Origin: Octopus sinensis
Lineage: Eukaryota
Direction: 5' to 3'
DNA length: 64,000 nt
NCBI RefSeq assembly: GCF_006345805.1
Contig: NC_043011.1
Span: 41,490,464-41,554,463, forward strand
Shown: positions 11,829 through 24,807 of the stretch, piece after piece
Position numbering within the stretch: position 1 is the stretch's first letter
How the letters are laid out: each line of letters begins with the position of its first letter
Position numbers and translations under genes: made by a program
Notes under the pieces: generated by a model
What the model was told of the DNA's origin: nothing
The model's database searches: none
What the model saw: only the letters and a program-made list of their open reading frames with translations

Positions 11829-14800
11829 ACATTGGTCAATACGCCAAACCTTTACCCATCTCCCACCTAAATTCATGGCCTTGTACTTTAGCATAGTTGT
11901 GCCACCGAAGACTGGGTCTTTGGATCAGCTCATACACACACACATTTCTGGAAAATATATCTCGTTAATTGAAATGGTATTTACAAACCTTGTGTCCATA
12001 GTGTCACTGCTGTTGTTGTTGTTGTTGTCGCAGCTGTTGCTGTTGTTATTGTTGTTAAGTACAAGTCCGGTATGATGATCAGGGTCCAAGACAGTGGTAT
12101 GAACATAACCAGGTGGGTGACTAACCCCCAGCACAGAATACGTGTATGTGTGTGTGGATGCAGTGGAACTGTCCTGTTTGCTTGTCTATCTATCTACCTG
12201 CTCCCAACACCTCTCCCCCCAATCACTGTCTCTGTCCCTCTCTCTCTCACACACACACACACACTCTCTCTCTCTCTCTGTCTCTCTCCCACCACAACTA
12301 CCACCAACACCACCTGTCACTCCTCCATATATAGTTATGTATATCTACAAGATTGGTTGTCGACTGGGAAGAGAGCTGGGTGTACAGCAGAGGGTGAGGG
12401 GAGAGGCGGGGAGAGAGAGGGGGGAAGAGGATACGTTTGCAGCAAAGGAAGAGAGAGAGAGAGAGAAACAGAAACTAGTTCTATTAGGATTGGTTCACTT
12501 AATAACACAGGTATGTGTGGTGGTGGTTTGGGTAATAGTAGTAGTGGTGGTGGTGATAGTAGTAGTAATGATGGTGATGGTGGTGGTGATAGTGAGAAAT
12601 GGATAATGGTGGTGATTTAAAAACAAAAATAAGGTAAGCAAAGGGAAGTAACTCCAATAGACCAATGTCATTTATTTTAGGTAATTTAAGGAGTGATGTG
12701 TACTTTGTCTACAAACAGAACATCACTTCTTAGATGTTGTAATTGTGGTATGGGTGGTGGGAGTAGCAGCAGCAGTGGTGGTAGTGGTAGTAGTAGGGTT
12801 AGTGGTGGTAGTAGCTGCTGTCTAAGTGGTTATAGTGCAGGTAGCGGTGGTAGTAGTAGAATTAATGGAGGTACAGGGGCTGTGATGGTAGTTGCGTTAG
12901 CGGCTGTTATGATGATGATAATTGTGGTTGTAGTGGTTGTGGTGGAGGTGATTGTGTAGGTGGTAGTAGTGGCGCTGGTGGTGTCTCTGGTGATGCTAGT
13001 GTGGTAGTGGCTGTAGTAGTACTGGTTTATTAATGGTGACAGCCTGGTAGTGACTGTGATGGCTATAGTAGTGGTGATGATAGTATAGCATGTAGAGGTG
13101 GTAGCATGAGTAGAGGCGGTAGTACCAGAATCATATTAACCTGTACCCTCTTGGCTTTGTAAACAGGTATTTACTCTTCTCTCTCTCTCTCTCTCTCATG
13201 GAAAACATTGAGTGAGATAAGGCTGTTGAGAGCATGATTTATACGTGTGTGTGTGTGTGTTTATGCTCCCATGTAAATACGCAGCAGGAAGCAGATTGGA
13301 ATGCAAATGTATGAGGGAATGTATATATATATATATATACATGTGTGAGTGCATATCTTTGAATATATGTGTACGTGTGTGTGTGTATATATAGAGAGAC
13401 AGACAGAGAGATGGCGGTATGTGTGTGTGTATGTACATGTGTGGATAGATATGTGTGTGTGTGTGTGTGAGTATAAATATGTGTATGCGTGTGTTTGTAT
13501 AAATAAATGAATGTCTATGTGCATATAAATATGTATGCATGTGTGTGTGTGACTGTATGACTATGTGACAAGAGAAAGCAAGACACAGACAGCTGTCACC
13601 CAACTGCATGTCCATCTCGACCCATCCCTAGATATGATTCAGCCTTATAAAATTCCAAAACAGACCAACGTAAAATATAAACACCAAACAATGTCTCCCT
13701 GACCAGTCCAACCATGGCCACACTATATAAACGCACACTCTACATACATATCATCACCATCATCATCATCTTTTAGCGGCTGTTTTCCATGCTGGCATGG
13801 GTTGGACGATTTGACCAGAGCTGGCAAGGCTGGAGAGCTGCACCAGGTTCCAGTCTGATTTGGCTTGGTCTCGACAGCTAGATGCCCTTCCTAACATGCC
13901 AACCACTTTACAGAGTGTACTGGGTGCTTTTTAAGTAGTACCAACGCAGGTGCTTTTATGTGGTGCCAGCACAGGTGCGATTACATGGCAACAGCCAGCA
14001 TGGGTGCTTCTACATGGCCCCAGCATAGGGCTCTTGCAGGTCAACTCTCTTCGGCAGGGGGAATGGCATTGGCAATTCTGTTGCGGAGGAGGGGTCTTCT
14101 CCAGTACAGCAAAACACCAGATATCTCAATCCTTTGTCATCTCCTCCACAAGGCTTAGTATATGCATGTACATAGTGTGTGTGTGTGTATATACATATCA
14201 TCATCATCATCATATATATATAAATATATGTATGCATTTATGTATGTACATATATATATCATCATCATCATTGTTTAACGTCCACTTTCCATGCTAGCAT
14301 GGGTTGGACATGTGGCTGAGGGCTGGTGAACCAGATGGCTGCACCAGGCTTCAATCTTGATCTGGCAGAGTTTCTACAGCTGGATGCCCTTCCTAACGCC
14401 AACCACTCCGAGAGTGTAGTGGGTGCTTTTACGTGCCACCGGCACAGGGCCAGTCAAGCGGTACTGGCAACGACCTCACTCGAATCTTTTAAACATGCCA
14501 CCAGCACAGGTGCCAGTAAGGCAATGCTGGTAATGATCACGCTCAAATGGTGTCTTTTATGTGCCACCGGCACGGTGGCCAGATAGCCGCTCTGGCAATG
14601 ATCACGCACAGATGGTGCTCTTAATACCCTACTAGCACGGGGCTCGAGTGCCATGTATATATATATATATACATGTTTGTGTGTCTGTTTATACATGTGT
14701 GTGTATGTATATATACATGTATATATATATGTATGTATGCATATGGAGGTGCAGGCATGGCTGTGTGGTAAGAAATTTGCTTCCCAACCATATGGTCCTG

Positions 14801-14890
14801 CATTCGATCCCACTGCATGGCACCTTAGCCCCAGGCTGACCAAAACCCTGAGGGTGAATTTAGTAGACAGAAAATGCAATTTGTAGAATA

Positions 14891-14967
14891 GCTGGTGGAC
14901 TTTGGCTGATGAGAAATCGGGCACCTATTTGGCACTAAATTTTCAAACCGGTACCAGGCTGACCAGC
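14891..14967 (+). ncRNA. Degenerate type I hammerhead ribozyme
   Basis: gctggt..tttgg CTGATGA gaaat...atttt(c) AAA ccgg TA ccagg..accagc: all three stems present, G of GAAA lost. Confidence 0.55.
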
Positions 14968-15238
14968 ATTTACTTGTTCTGACCCAGTAGAGGTAAGACA
15001 TTATTACTGTTCACTGAATTTTTTCCTATCATGTCTGTAATAGATTTGTGACTATTTGGTGGTACAGAAGTATTTTTGACTTCTATTTTTTACCAATATA
15101 GGTACTCGTGTAGTACCCTTGTGTATATATATGTACATATCTAATATTGTATGTATATATTATATTAATTTGCCTGTACAGCTGATAATCTGCTTACACT
15201 CATGATGGTATTTTAATAATATCATCCCTATATTTATT

Positions 15239-15282
<44 letters not shown>

Positions 15283-15283
<1 letters not shown>

Positions 15284-15483
15284 CGTGTGTACTGTTGCCG
15301 ATTTTTTTCCTCCGTCTTCCCTTCCTTGGGTCTTTCCTTTTCCTATGTTTCTGATGAAGAGCTCCGCTCGAAATGTTAAATCCTCCTTCTTTCTTTCCTT
15401 TCTTGAGTGTCCAATAACACTATACTTGTTCCACGTCCTCGCGTTGTTGTGTTTTCTCTTTGTGTTTTCATATTTGGATTAAC
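15283..15483 (+). mobile_element. About 200-bp repeat inside (TA)n carrying a minimal hammerhead (Penelope pLTR-like)
   Basis: (TA)n on both sides; a second copy lies at 35609-35769 on the minus strand, also inside (TA)n. Confidence 0.7.
15347..15381 (+). ncRNA. Minimal type I hammerhead motif
   Basis: gttt CTGATGA a gagc tcc gctc GAAA tg TT aaat. Confidence 0.6.
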
Positions 15484-15514
<31 letters not shown>

Positions 15515-15525
15515 ATGTGTGTGTG

Positions 15526-15558
<33 letters not shown>

Positions 15559-15829
15559 GTGTGTATATATATATGTATATACACATGTATGTATATATAT
15601 ATTTATATATATATATATGTGTATGTATATATATATTTATATATATATATATGTGTATGTATATATATATATATGTATGTAAATATATATGTGCATGTAT
15701 ATATATATATGCATATATATATATATATATATATGTGTATGTATGTATGTATATATATTATATATATAATATATATATATATATGTGTGTATGTATGTAT
15801 GTATATATATATATATTATATATATATAT

Positions 15830-15860
<31 letters not shown>

Positions 15861-15862
15861 AT

Positions 15863-15945
<83 letters not shown>

Positions 15946-15950
15946 CACAC
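15484..15950. repeat. Long compound (TA)n/(TG)n microsatellite
   Basis: Direct reading. Similar tracts at 41470-41717, 60525-60630, 61150-61500, 61900-62520 and 62720-63660. Confidence 0.95.
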
Positions 15951-18106
15951 ATATCCTATAAATAACCAGATAAAAATATAGAATTACAAAACTTCTCCGT
16001 TCTAAATATGCAAACACACATCTCAAATGTCTGCTAAGGAATGTTTAGTTTAAATCAGCTGAGGGCAGCTGCTGTCTCGTTTCAAATGACTGTCTCTGAA
16101 ATGGTTGAGTTCTGGGGGTTGGGGGCTGTTTGGTTCCATGTCAACGCTGACCAAGCAGACTTACAATCCAAGGCATTCCACCCATGACCATACCGTATTT
16201 TTTTTATTTATTATTTAGACATAATAGAAATAAATTGGATCGCCCCCCCCCCGCCCCGTTTCAGCAATGAGTAACTGAGTAGAACTTTCAACTGCACTTC
16301 CTCCATATTGTCCTATTAGGATGTGACCGAGTATTCCACAGACATACTGCAATCCTCGAACAGAAGCAGTACGACACATTGTGTGATAAGGGTAGACCTT
16401 TGAATTGCAATTACAGTCCAAGGCTTCCTTTCAGTTTCCGTTTACTCAAGGATTGGGTCGACCCTATTTGGGCTTAAGTTTATCACATATATCACACAGG
16501 TTTCGTAACTATAGAGACACTGTTGTATAACTATTTCAACCTTATATCAATCACCTGTAAACTCGTCTCTAAGCGAAGATTTGGGAATTAAAAGTGACGT
16601 TGAGCCTGGAAAACCTCAGAGAGGAAATCATAAAGATGAAAGCATTCTTTCGGTTTTTGATCACAAATTGCAAGCAGAAATATTGATATTATTCCGTAAT
16701 ATCCAATTAAATGTATGGAATTAATACCACGAAACACACACACCCATTTTTTATCATTTCTTTTATTTTTATCTGCTTTTTTTCTCCTCCCAAAATTTTC
16801 AACATCAACAACGAAGATTACGATTTTGCCCAACCCTCCCAAAAAACTTTTCAAATTTTTACCCCCCCCCCCCTCCATTATCCACTTTTTAGGTTGTTTT
16901 TTTTTTTACTTCAAAACTTTTTGACAGATTCCACGTTTAAAGAATACAGAACTTACGATTCTGCAAAAGAAAAAAATATGTATTTTAATTTTCTAATGTC
17001 GGCTGTTTAAAATAATTTTATTCTTTGATTTTGTGGTCATAAACCGAAAAAACCGCTTCGATTTCTTTCCCTAAGCAGATCAATAAATACCAGTTACAAA
17101 CTGAGGAAGATCGGTGTTATATCGACCACTTGTTGGCATGCCAGCATCAATATTTCGGAATCCTTCTCAATATTTCTCGCTGTCAGTTTTGCGATAACAA
17201 ACCGAGATACTACACTGAACTTATAACATGAAGAGAGATAGAGAGAGAGAACTTACTTGTTTCGATATAAAGGCCGTATCATATGAAGCGAAGAAGACAT
17301 GATGAGCCGTTTGTTTATAGAAACCAACAGGAACAACACGAAGCTAAGACTTTTTTTCTTTTCAGCAGTTTCGAATTTACGTTGAAATGATGAATTTAAA
17401 AAAAACCCACAAATATAGTTTATATAATGTCGTTGATTTTATACTTAATATTTATAATATTATTACTAATATTACTATTATTATATGCAATCACTGTGCT
17501 ACTAATTATATTTGATTACACTGTATTATACAATCGGCAAGTGACAGATTTCGAGGTCCAAGTTCTATATTTTGCTTGTTTTTTTTTCTTTTCTCCTTAT
17601 TTCTTCAATCAAGAATTACGTTAGAAATTTCCTTTACAATTGTCGTAATTATGTTATTATTTCTTTTTCTATTTTTTGAAGCCAATATTTTCTGTCGTTA
17701 GGAAAAAAAAGAACTTTCTATCATACGCTTCCTCCAACAAGTATTAACAGGTGACCGGGATTTTTGTTTACAAAAAATGGCTACCTTAGCAACGGTGGAT
17801 ACCGGGAAATTCCTTTACGGTTTACTGCTTACGTCCACATAGACATAACTACAGTAAAGTGCCACACATCTCCCGACTTTCTTTTCACACAATTTTATGA
17901 AAAATTTATATTTCTAAATGAAATTTTACACACTTACGTTTTCAAGGATAAAGATTACAATTATGTTGATAACATTTGAAGCTAAAAATATTTTTAAGGA
18001 GTTTCCGATCATTCTCTTCTGTTCAATTTTGTTCGGATTCCCTTATAACTCTCTTTGAAATGTATTTTTTGAATGACAATTTACAGAAATTCGTTTTCGA
18101 GTATTT

Positions 18107-19301
18107 GGATTCTTTTCGGTTTGAACGGCAGTTTTTTCTAGCGGTGTCATATGAAATTGTCACCCATAATTATGACCCTAGTATCGATCTATTGCATTTC
18201 AATCTGTTTTAGGGTTAGGGTTAGGGGTGGGGGAAGGGTATCTTTTTTTCTTCAAAAATGTAAATAAACCCAATCTGGGATCTTTTCCTTTTGAACGGCA
18301 CTTTTCAACACAATTTCTAGTTAACTAAACACTTTTAAACTTCGTATACGTGTAGAATGTGTCAAAATAAAACATTTTTTCTCTTGGCTTTCTTCAGAAA
18401 ATTGTAGTTTGTAAGTTTAACGTAGTTTAATTTTTCAAATTTTAACCAATCCTATGCCCTCTATTTAGCTAAAACCATTTGCTGCGTCTAAAACTGAGAC
18501 AACATCCTGTCACTAACCCTAACTCTCACCCGAACCCTAACCTTAACCCTAAATTTTAGCCTTTCGTTTTTTTTTTTTCTTAATTGTTAAATTAATTTAA
18601 TTGTTACGCGTGTCTAAAATTATTCATTTTGTTTTGAGTTTTTGCTTTCGTTTTAGCCTTTCGTTTTTTTTTTCTTAATTGTTAAATTAAAATTATTTTC
18701 CATTGCTTTCGTTTCTTTTTCTTAATTGTTATCCTTAAATTAATTTAACAATTAAGAAAAAAAAAACGAAAGGCTAAAATTTAGGGTTAGGGTGATGATT
18801 AAGGTTAGTGACAGAATGTTGTCTGTTTTAGATGCAGCAAATGATTTTAGCTACATAGAGGGCATAGGATTGGTTAAAATTCGAAAAATTAAACTACGTT
18901 AAACAAACAAATTACAATTTTCTCAAGAAAGCCAAGAGAAAACAATGTTTTATTTTGACACATTCTACCAGTATACGAAGTTTAAAAGTGTTTAGTTAAC
19001 TAGAAATTGTGTTGAAAAGTGCCGTTCAAAAGAAAAAGATCCCCAATCTATTTCTTAAACGAGGGACATATTCATACGGCACAGAATGTTTTTTTTTTAC
19101 CTCAATGGGCGTCATTGATTGGTTGAAATTGCAGAAATTGAAGAAAAAACAACAACAAATATCTTACAAACTATAGAATTTTCTCAATAAAGCCGAGTGA
19201 AAAAGATGTTTTATAAACACATTCTACCAGTATACGAAGTTTAAAATTTCTTAGTTACCTAGAAATTATGTTAAAAACTGCCGTTCAAACCGAAACGATT
19301 C
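18107..19301. mobile_element. Merlin-like MITE interrupted by a nested related MITE
   Basis: TIR ggat(c)ttttcggtttgaacggcagttttt; 8-bp TSD gagtattt/gagtgttt; uninterrupted copies at 27265-27673 and 42202-42619. Confidence 0.75.
18278..19042. mobile_element. Nested, almost fully palindromic MITE of about 765 bp
   Basis: ggatcttttccttttgaacggcacttttcaacac ... gtgttgaaaagtgccgttcaaaagaaaaagatcc; TSD ccaatctg/ccaatcta. Confidence 0.85.
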
Positions 19302-19899
19302 GAGTGTTTTAAGTCATGTTGGTGTTTCAAACGGAGAGGACTTTTTTTTTATTATTTAAAAAAGTGAAAATTACTAATTACGGAAATTAGTGGTAACAAA
19401 TGAAGATGGAGCGGATGACCCGAAACTCCACCCTAAAATTTTTATTTCTAAATTTTATTCGCATAATCGAAAATTTATGTACTCATAATAAACAGTACAC
19501 CCCACCGCCATATATATGTGTGTGTGTGCGCGCGCGCGTTTGTGTTTGTTGCAAAGGATAAAGTCGTGGGGTAGGGGTTATGTTAGTGTGCGGTGTATAA
19601 TGAGTGTGTGTGTGGGGGGTACAATTTGTGTGAAGGGGTATGTGTTGGGGGGAGACAGTTTATTTTGTGGTGTGTCCACCTTATAGAAGTGTGAGCGTGT
19701 GTTTTGGTCAAACTCTTTTCGCCCGGTTCAAGAGCATTGGTGGAAGGTCGAGGCAGCAGACCTGTGGTTGCAGTCATGCTGGGGCGCGCAGACACGATAG
19801 AATGTACTTCCTTTCATGCGGGCAAGTATTAAATACCTCACTCCTGCTATTCAGGTAAACATTCGGGCGTTGGGAACACTACTCATCAGTAAGTGATCC

Positions 19900-21075
19900 A
19901 GAGGGCTCCTTCGACATGGCAAAGTGTGCATTTGAGAGTGTGGATGTATGTAACCTAGTCGGTCTCTTCATCCTAGATACGCTAAAAAAGAAATTCCCTT
20001 CAATAAGCTTCGGCCTCTACAGGTACAACGCGCTGGCAATACCAAGAGGAGCTAACGGCCACGCGCTAGGTAGATTTCAGAAAGGACCTCACAGGCACCA
20101 TGAACTCCCACGGACTAAAGATCACTATTGAGACCAAGCTGAAAACGGTGGATTTCCTTGACGTGACCTTGGACCTGGAATCAGGTGCCTATAGACCCTT
20201 TAGGAAACCAAATGAGAATTTGCCTTACATTAACACAGGTTCCTGCCATCCAGCCATAGTGTTCAGGAACCCGACTAAGAGCGTCAGCAGGAGAATCTCC
20301 AGCTTGTCTTCAAGCAAAGATATATTTGATGTTATCGCCCCGTACTGCAAATGGGTTCTGGCTGCCAGCGGTTTCAAGGATACTATTAGTTGTATACTTA
20401 GCCCCCGCTCTCGAGAAAGCGCCACCAGGAAGTACTATGGTTCACACCGCCCTTCTTAAACGTTAAGACCAGAGTAGGTAAGAGCTTGCTTAATTTAGTT
20501 GATAGACACTTCCCCCGAACCAACAGATTCAGCAAAATATTTAGTAGACATACACTGAGATTATCCTTTAGATGTGCACCTATGGTAAAAAAGATTTTAG
20601 TTGGTAGACCCAGACCCGAGGCTGAGGTAGGATGCTCATGCAGAGGTAACACAATTTGTCCACTAAACGACCACTGCAAGACGGAAACAGTTGTTTACGA
20701 GGCAGAAGTAACAGCAACAGGACCCAATGGACAACCGAGCGGAGGAGGTATGTAGAGACAACAAAAGACATCTACAAGACCCGCTTTAATAACTACAAGT
20801 CTTCGTTCAACATCCCAGAGAGACGTAATGCCACAACCCTAGCCAAGTACGTCTGGACTTTGAAAGAAAACCCCAGGGAGTACAGCATAAAGTGGAAGAC
20901 CCTAGAAATATGCAAACCGTACTTCAACAGCAGCAGGAAGTGCAGACTGTGCTTGGCTGAGAAAAGGGCGATTTTAAAAGGTATCCAACGCCCAGATGAA
21001 TAGCAGGAGTGAGGTGTTCAATCCTTTCCCGAATGAAAAGAAATACATTCTATCATACCTGCGCACCCCACTATG
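19900..21075 (+). pseudogene. Penelope-like RT + C-terminal GIY-YIG endonuclease, frameshifted
   Basis: GLYRYNALAI (decayed YRDD), VDFLDVTLDL..YRPFRKPN..YINTGSCHP, CSCRGNTICPLNDHC..VVYEAEV..RYVETT..YKTRFNNYKSSF..LAKYVWTLK..IKWK..CRLCLAEK..NSRSE. Confidence 0.85.
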
Positions 21076-21646
21076 ACTGCAACCACAGGTCCCCTGCTTC
21101 GACCTTCTGCAAACAACCTTCCACCAATGCCATTGAGCCGGGCGAAAAGAGTTTGACCAAAACACAAACCAAGGTGCCAATGTACACACGCACACACCCC
21201 TGTAAGGCGGACACTCCACAAAATAAACTGTCTCCCCCAACACATACCATTCACACAAATTTGCCCCCATATATACACAGACCACACACACGCATTACAC
21301 ACTGCACGCTAACATAACCCCTACCCCACGACTTTATCTTTTACAGAAAGAAAACAGACCAACGAACACAGCTCTATACATCTACACCACTGGAAAAAAT
21401 TATATATATGACACCGTTACACATACCATTCACCCCATTCCCACAGGAGCACCACATTAATACAGACTTTCCCCACCTCAAGATAACTCTTATCGGCTTC
21501 ACAGCATACCCAATCAAGAGACATATCTCGTAAACTAAACTCCTGGCCCCGTTTTCGTTCCACAACTGATTTCATGGCAGCCGCTGACCGGGTGTGCTAT
21601 TCCACCTCCGACAATAGAGAACAGTCGCCATATTCCCTTCAATATC

Positions 21647-21738
21647 GGCTAACTCTGATGAGCGTAAAGTTACATAATCGGTTTGTTACCTAACATTCCA
21701 TTGTACTCTTTACGCGAAATCAATTGGTAAGACCAGCC
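21647..21738 (+). ncRNA. Type I hammerhead ribozyme in the Penelope pLTR
   Basis: ggctaact CTGATGA gcgtaaag[38 nt]ctttacgc GAAA tcaattgg TA agaccagcc: intact core, 8-bp stem II, near-palindromic stem III, imperfect stem I. Confidence 0.75.
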
Positions 21739-21841
21739 ATGATGCATATTTAATACTATACGTTTCGGATAATATACCTACTCTTCTGACAGATTTACGA
21801 GTGTATCTTTTCCCCGATTTATGGTCACTTAGACGACTCAC

Positions 21842-21876
<35 letters not shown>

Positions 21877-24211
21877 AAAACTAATTTCTGAGTGTCGCTG
21901 TGTCACACTTCGACCCCTCTCTCACTATTCATTGACACTCCTACTATTGCTCATGTTGGGGTGAGAGTAATAGTAAGCAAAGAGACAGTAGTAGATTGAA
22001 GGTTGTGATGGTAATGGGATGATAGTAATAGTATGAGCTGTAGTTGTAATAAAGATGGAGGTGACGGTGATATTTGTGGTGGTGGTAGTAGCTAAAGAAT
22101 TCAGGGACAATGGCGAAAGTAAGTGATGTGAAAGACAGTAGTGATGGTGGTGGAGGGAAAGGCGACGAATTCAAAGGTATTGATGGTGGTGGCGTCAGAA
22201 GTTTGAATGTTATGTGTATGGCAGTTGTGGTGGCGATGGTGGTGGTACTGGTGATGGTCGAAAACAATAAACAGAAAGAGAGAGAGAGAGAGAGAGAAAG
22301 AAAGAAATAAAGAAAGAAACAAAAAACAAACAAACAAACAAACAAAGCGGTTAGACAGAAAAAAAAATTGTACTGAGTCCTAAATGGAAAGACAAAAAAT
22401 GTTTATCATGCAGCTTTGCAATAAGTTCCAAGTCGACAAATTATATCATTGCTTTGCTGAAAATTATTTATTGCTTGAAAAATGTTGATCAAGTACAATA
22501 AAATTTAATATGTAGTCAATGCATGAAGTGTCATTATTGGGCCCACGGCCTAATGAAGAGCCCTTTAGGGTTAGGGTTATTGACATCAAGCTCCCAAATT
22601 CTCTCAAATCAAGTTGCCGGATTTACTCAAATGTCAGCCTACCGTCTTTGGTAAAGCAATCAAAGATGTACTATATCAAGAAAAGGGCCGGCTACCTGGA
22701 GTCCTCTGATCAGAACTGATTTGTGATTAAGCAACAATAACCTCAATGATTTTCCACTCTGGTGATCTATTGTAGAAGTTGGACTCTTTGATCTTTGATG
22801 TCTTTACATAATTCGACGAAAATGTAGAATTAATCCTCAGTTTCAAGAATCATTGATGATCTAGTCTTGAGAAAATACTTTTACAAGCGATCTATTTATT
22901 TGAGAAAATACTTTTTACAAGCGATCTATTTATTTATTCCTTTTTAAATCTTAAACGAACTTCAAATCGTATTAACAAATTGCCATTTTAGCTGTCCCTT
23001 TATGGGAACTCTTCGAATTTTTCGCCATCACAAAAAAAAAAAGGAAAAACAGAAAATATCTTGACGTATTTATGCTTTAACCTTCATCATTCCAGTACGT
23101 TTCAATTACTTTTAATATAGCGTTTAACGAAACTTGACTTTATTGCAAAGAATGAACGCAAACTCAGTTTATTAGAATGATGCAAGAAGAAAGAAGTTTA
23201 AACATTTCAGTCACAATCATGCCTATTTTTTTCATTACTTTATATCATTTTAGTTCCGTGTAGTTTCATGTTGTGGCTGTATTAATAAAAGCAATTATTT
23301 TTTAAAATTAGCTTTCAGAAAAGACATTGAAAATTGTTTTCCTATTTTTCTTATTAATGTATTTTCAAAAGAAAACGAATTTATTGAGGTTATTTTAAAA
23401 TTGACCTATGTCAAATTTATGTTCTTTTTGTTATTTGTCGAACGATCAAACGTCAATATACTACAAGAGGAGCCTGAAATAATACGTCAAACGAAAAGGT
23501 GAAGGGAAACAATTCAGTATTAACAAGATATATGAGTTACCGGCATTTTTTTTTCTCGTTTGAAACGCTTTTCTTTCATTTTCCATTTCGTTCGTCTGCA
23601 AATTAACTGACAGAAATCTGTGGTTATTCTTAAATATATTTTCCTTGAATAATCTTTATTGGGCAATAACATGACATCGTTGTTGAAAATCAATCTAAAA
23701 ATAGAAACATTTTCTGCTCCAGAATACCATAATGCTTGAAACGAAGGGTTCGTAGACTTGTTAAAAAGGTTGTATAAAATGCCTGTGGTATTTAGATCCT
23801 TTACGTTCAATGTTCAAATCCCACCAAGATATACTTTGAATTTTATCACTCCTGTGTCGTTGAACCAAATTACCAGTCAAGAAGTTATGTTATATATTCA
23901 GAGATTTATTTATTTGTTGAAGTATTCACCAAAATAATGCAACTAAGCAAGTTACTCCTGGTAAGGTCGATGAGATTGTGTTTAATGTAATAAACCGAAC
24001 TATCTTAATTAAAATTATATCCGCTGCGGGGAAATGAAAACATTATTAACTCTATCAATGATTAATTCTGATCAAATAATAGGAGGGTGACAACTATGAA
24101 ATTTAAATTGATTGAAAAAATTGAACCAAGAAATGTCAATGAGTTCAACCGTTGGTAAGTACAATGACAACTCCAGACGTGTTCCGAGTTCCGATATTAA
24201 TAGACCTCACC

Positions 24212-24502
24212 GGCTACCTTAGGCGAGTGTCTTCTACTGTAGCCTTGAGCTGACCAAAGCCTTGTGAGTGGATTTGGTAGACAGAAACTGAAAGGAGCCC
24301 GTCGTGTGCGTGTGTGTATGTATGAGTGTCCAACATTGCTTGACAACCGATGCTGGTATGTTTACGTCCCCATAAAAGAAAACCGATAGCATAAGTACTA
24401 GGCTTACAAAGAATAAGTCCTGGGGTCGATTTGTTCGACTAAAGGCGGTGTTCCAGCATGGCCGCAGTCAAATAACTGATACAAATAAAAGAATAAAAGA
24501 AT
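24212..24502 (+). mobile_element. SINE family A, 5'-truncated
   Basis: Family core and tail. Confidence 0.8.
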
Positions 24503-24776
24503 ACCGCTCGATCTGGCACAAAGCAACAACAGCTTACACACAGGTTTCATTTTATGATGTCGATACCCAGTCACCATTATGCAGAAACGGGTGATGATGG
24601 CTGAGAGAAGTGAACTGTGTCTCGCTGGATGTGAGAAGTGAGATTATTGGTGAATGTAGCAATAGCCCACTTCGCTAATCAATGGATTTCTGGCAGATGG
24701 GAGTATAATTTCAAATTAGAGATTATTTTCTTGTGGGAATCTTAGTATTACTAACATTTAAGGGACTCTTCAGTCC

Positions 24777-24807
<31 letters not shown>

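Larger units (their letters stand above)
6670..12180 (-). pseudogene. Tentative degraded multi-exon host gene (exons about 12180-11856, 9061-8907, 7952-7877, 6800-?)
   Basis: Non-repeat islands bounded by acceptors (ctttgcag, ctccctgtcacag, tttcaaaccag) and donors (gtaaag, gtgagg, gtaagg) in compatible phases. There is an in-frame TAA at 7934-7932 and a lesion near 11930. Product not recognised. Confidence 0.35.
19550..21840 (+). mobile_element. 5'-truncated Penelope-like retroelement with inverted 5' pseudo-LTR fragment
   Basis: 19550-19853 is an inverted copy of 20997-21345; RT and GIY-YIG remnants lie between; a hammerhead sits in the 3' pLTR; both ends abut microsatellites. Confidence 0.85.

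Noticed and set aside
11925-11927. In-frame TGA codons in candidate exons read as selenocysteine
   Set aside because: No SECIS-like hairpin or Cys-homologous context was identified; CpG decay or wrong gene models are simpler explanations.
15407-16026. Long ORFs rich in Y/I/C/V/H/T (also 13196-13615, 41346-41729, 61132-63660)
   Set aside because: They are translations of (TA)n/(TG)n/(CA)n microsatellites, which lack stop codons.
19860-19900. CTGATGA on the minus strand as another hammerhead
   Set aside because: It is followed by GAAT rather than GAAA, has no stem I or III, and lies at the start of the RT remnant.
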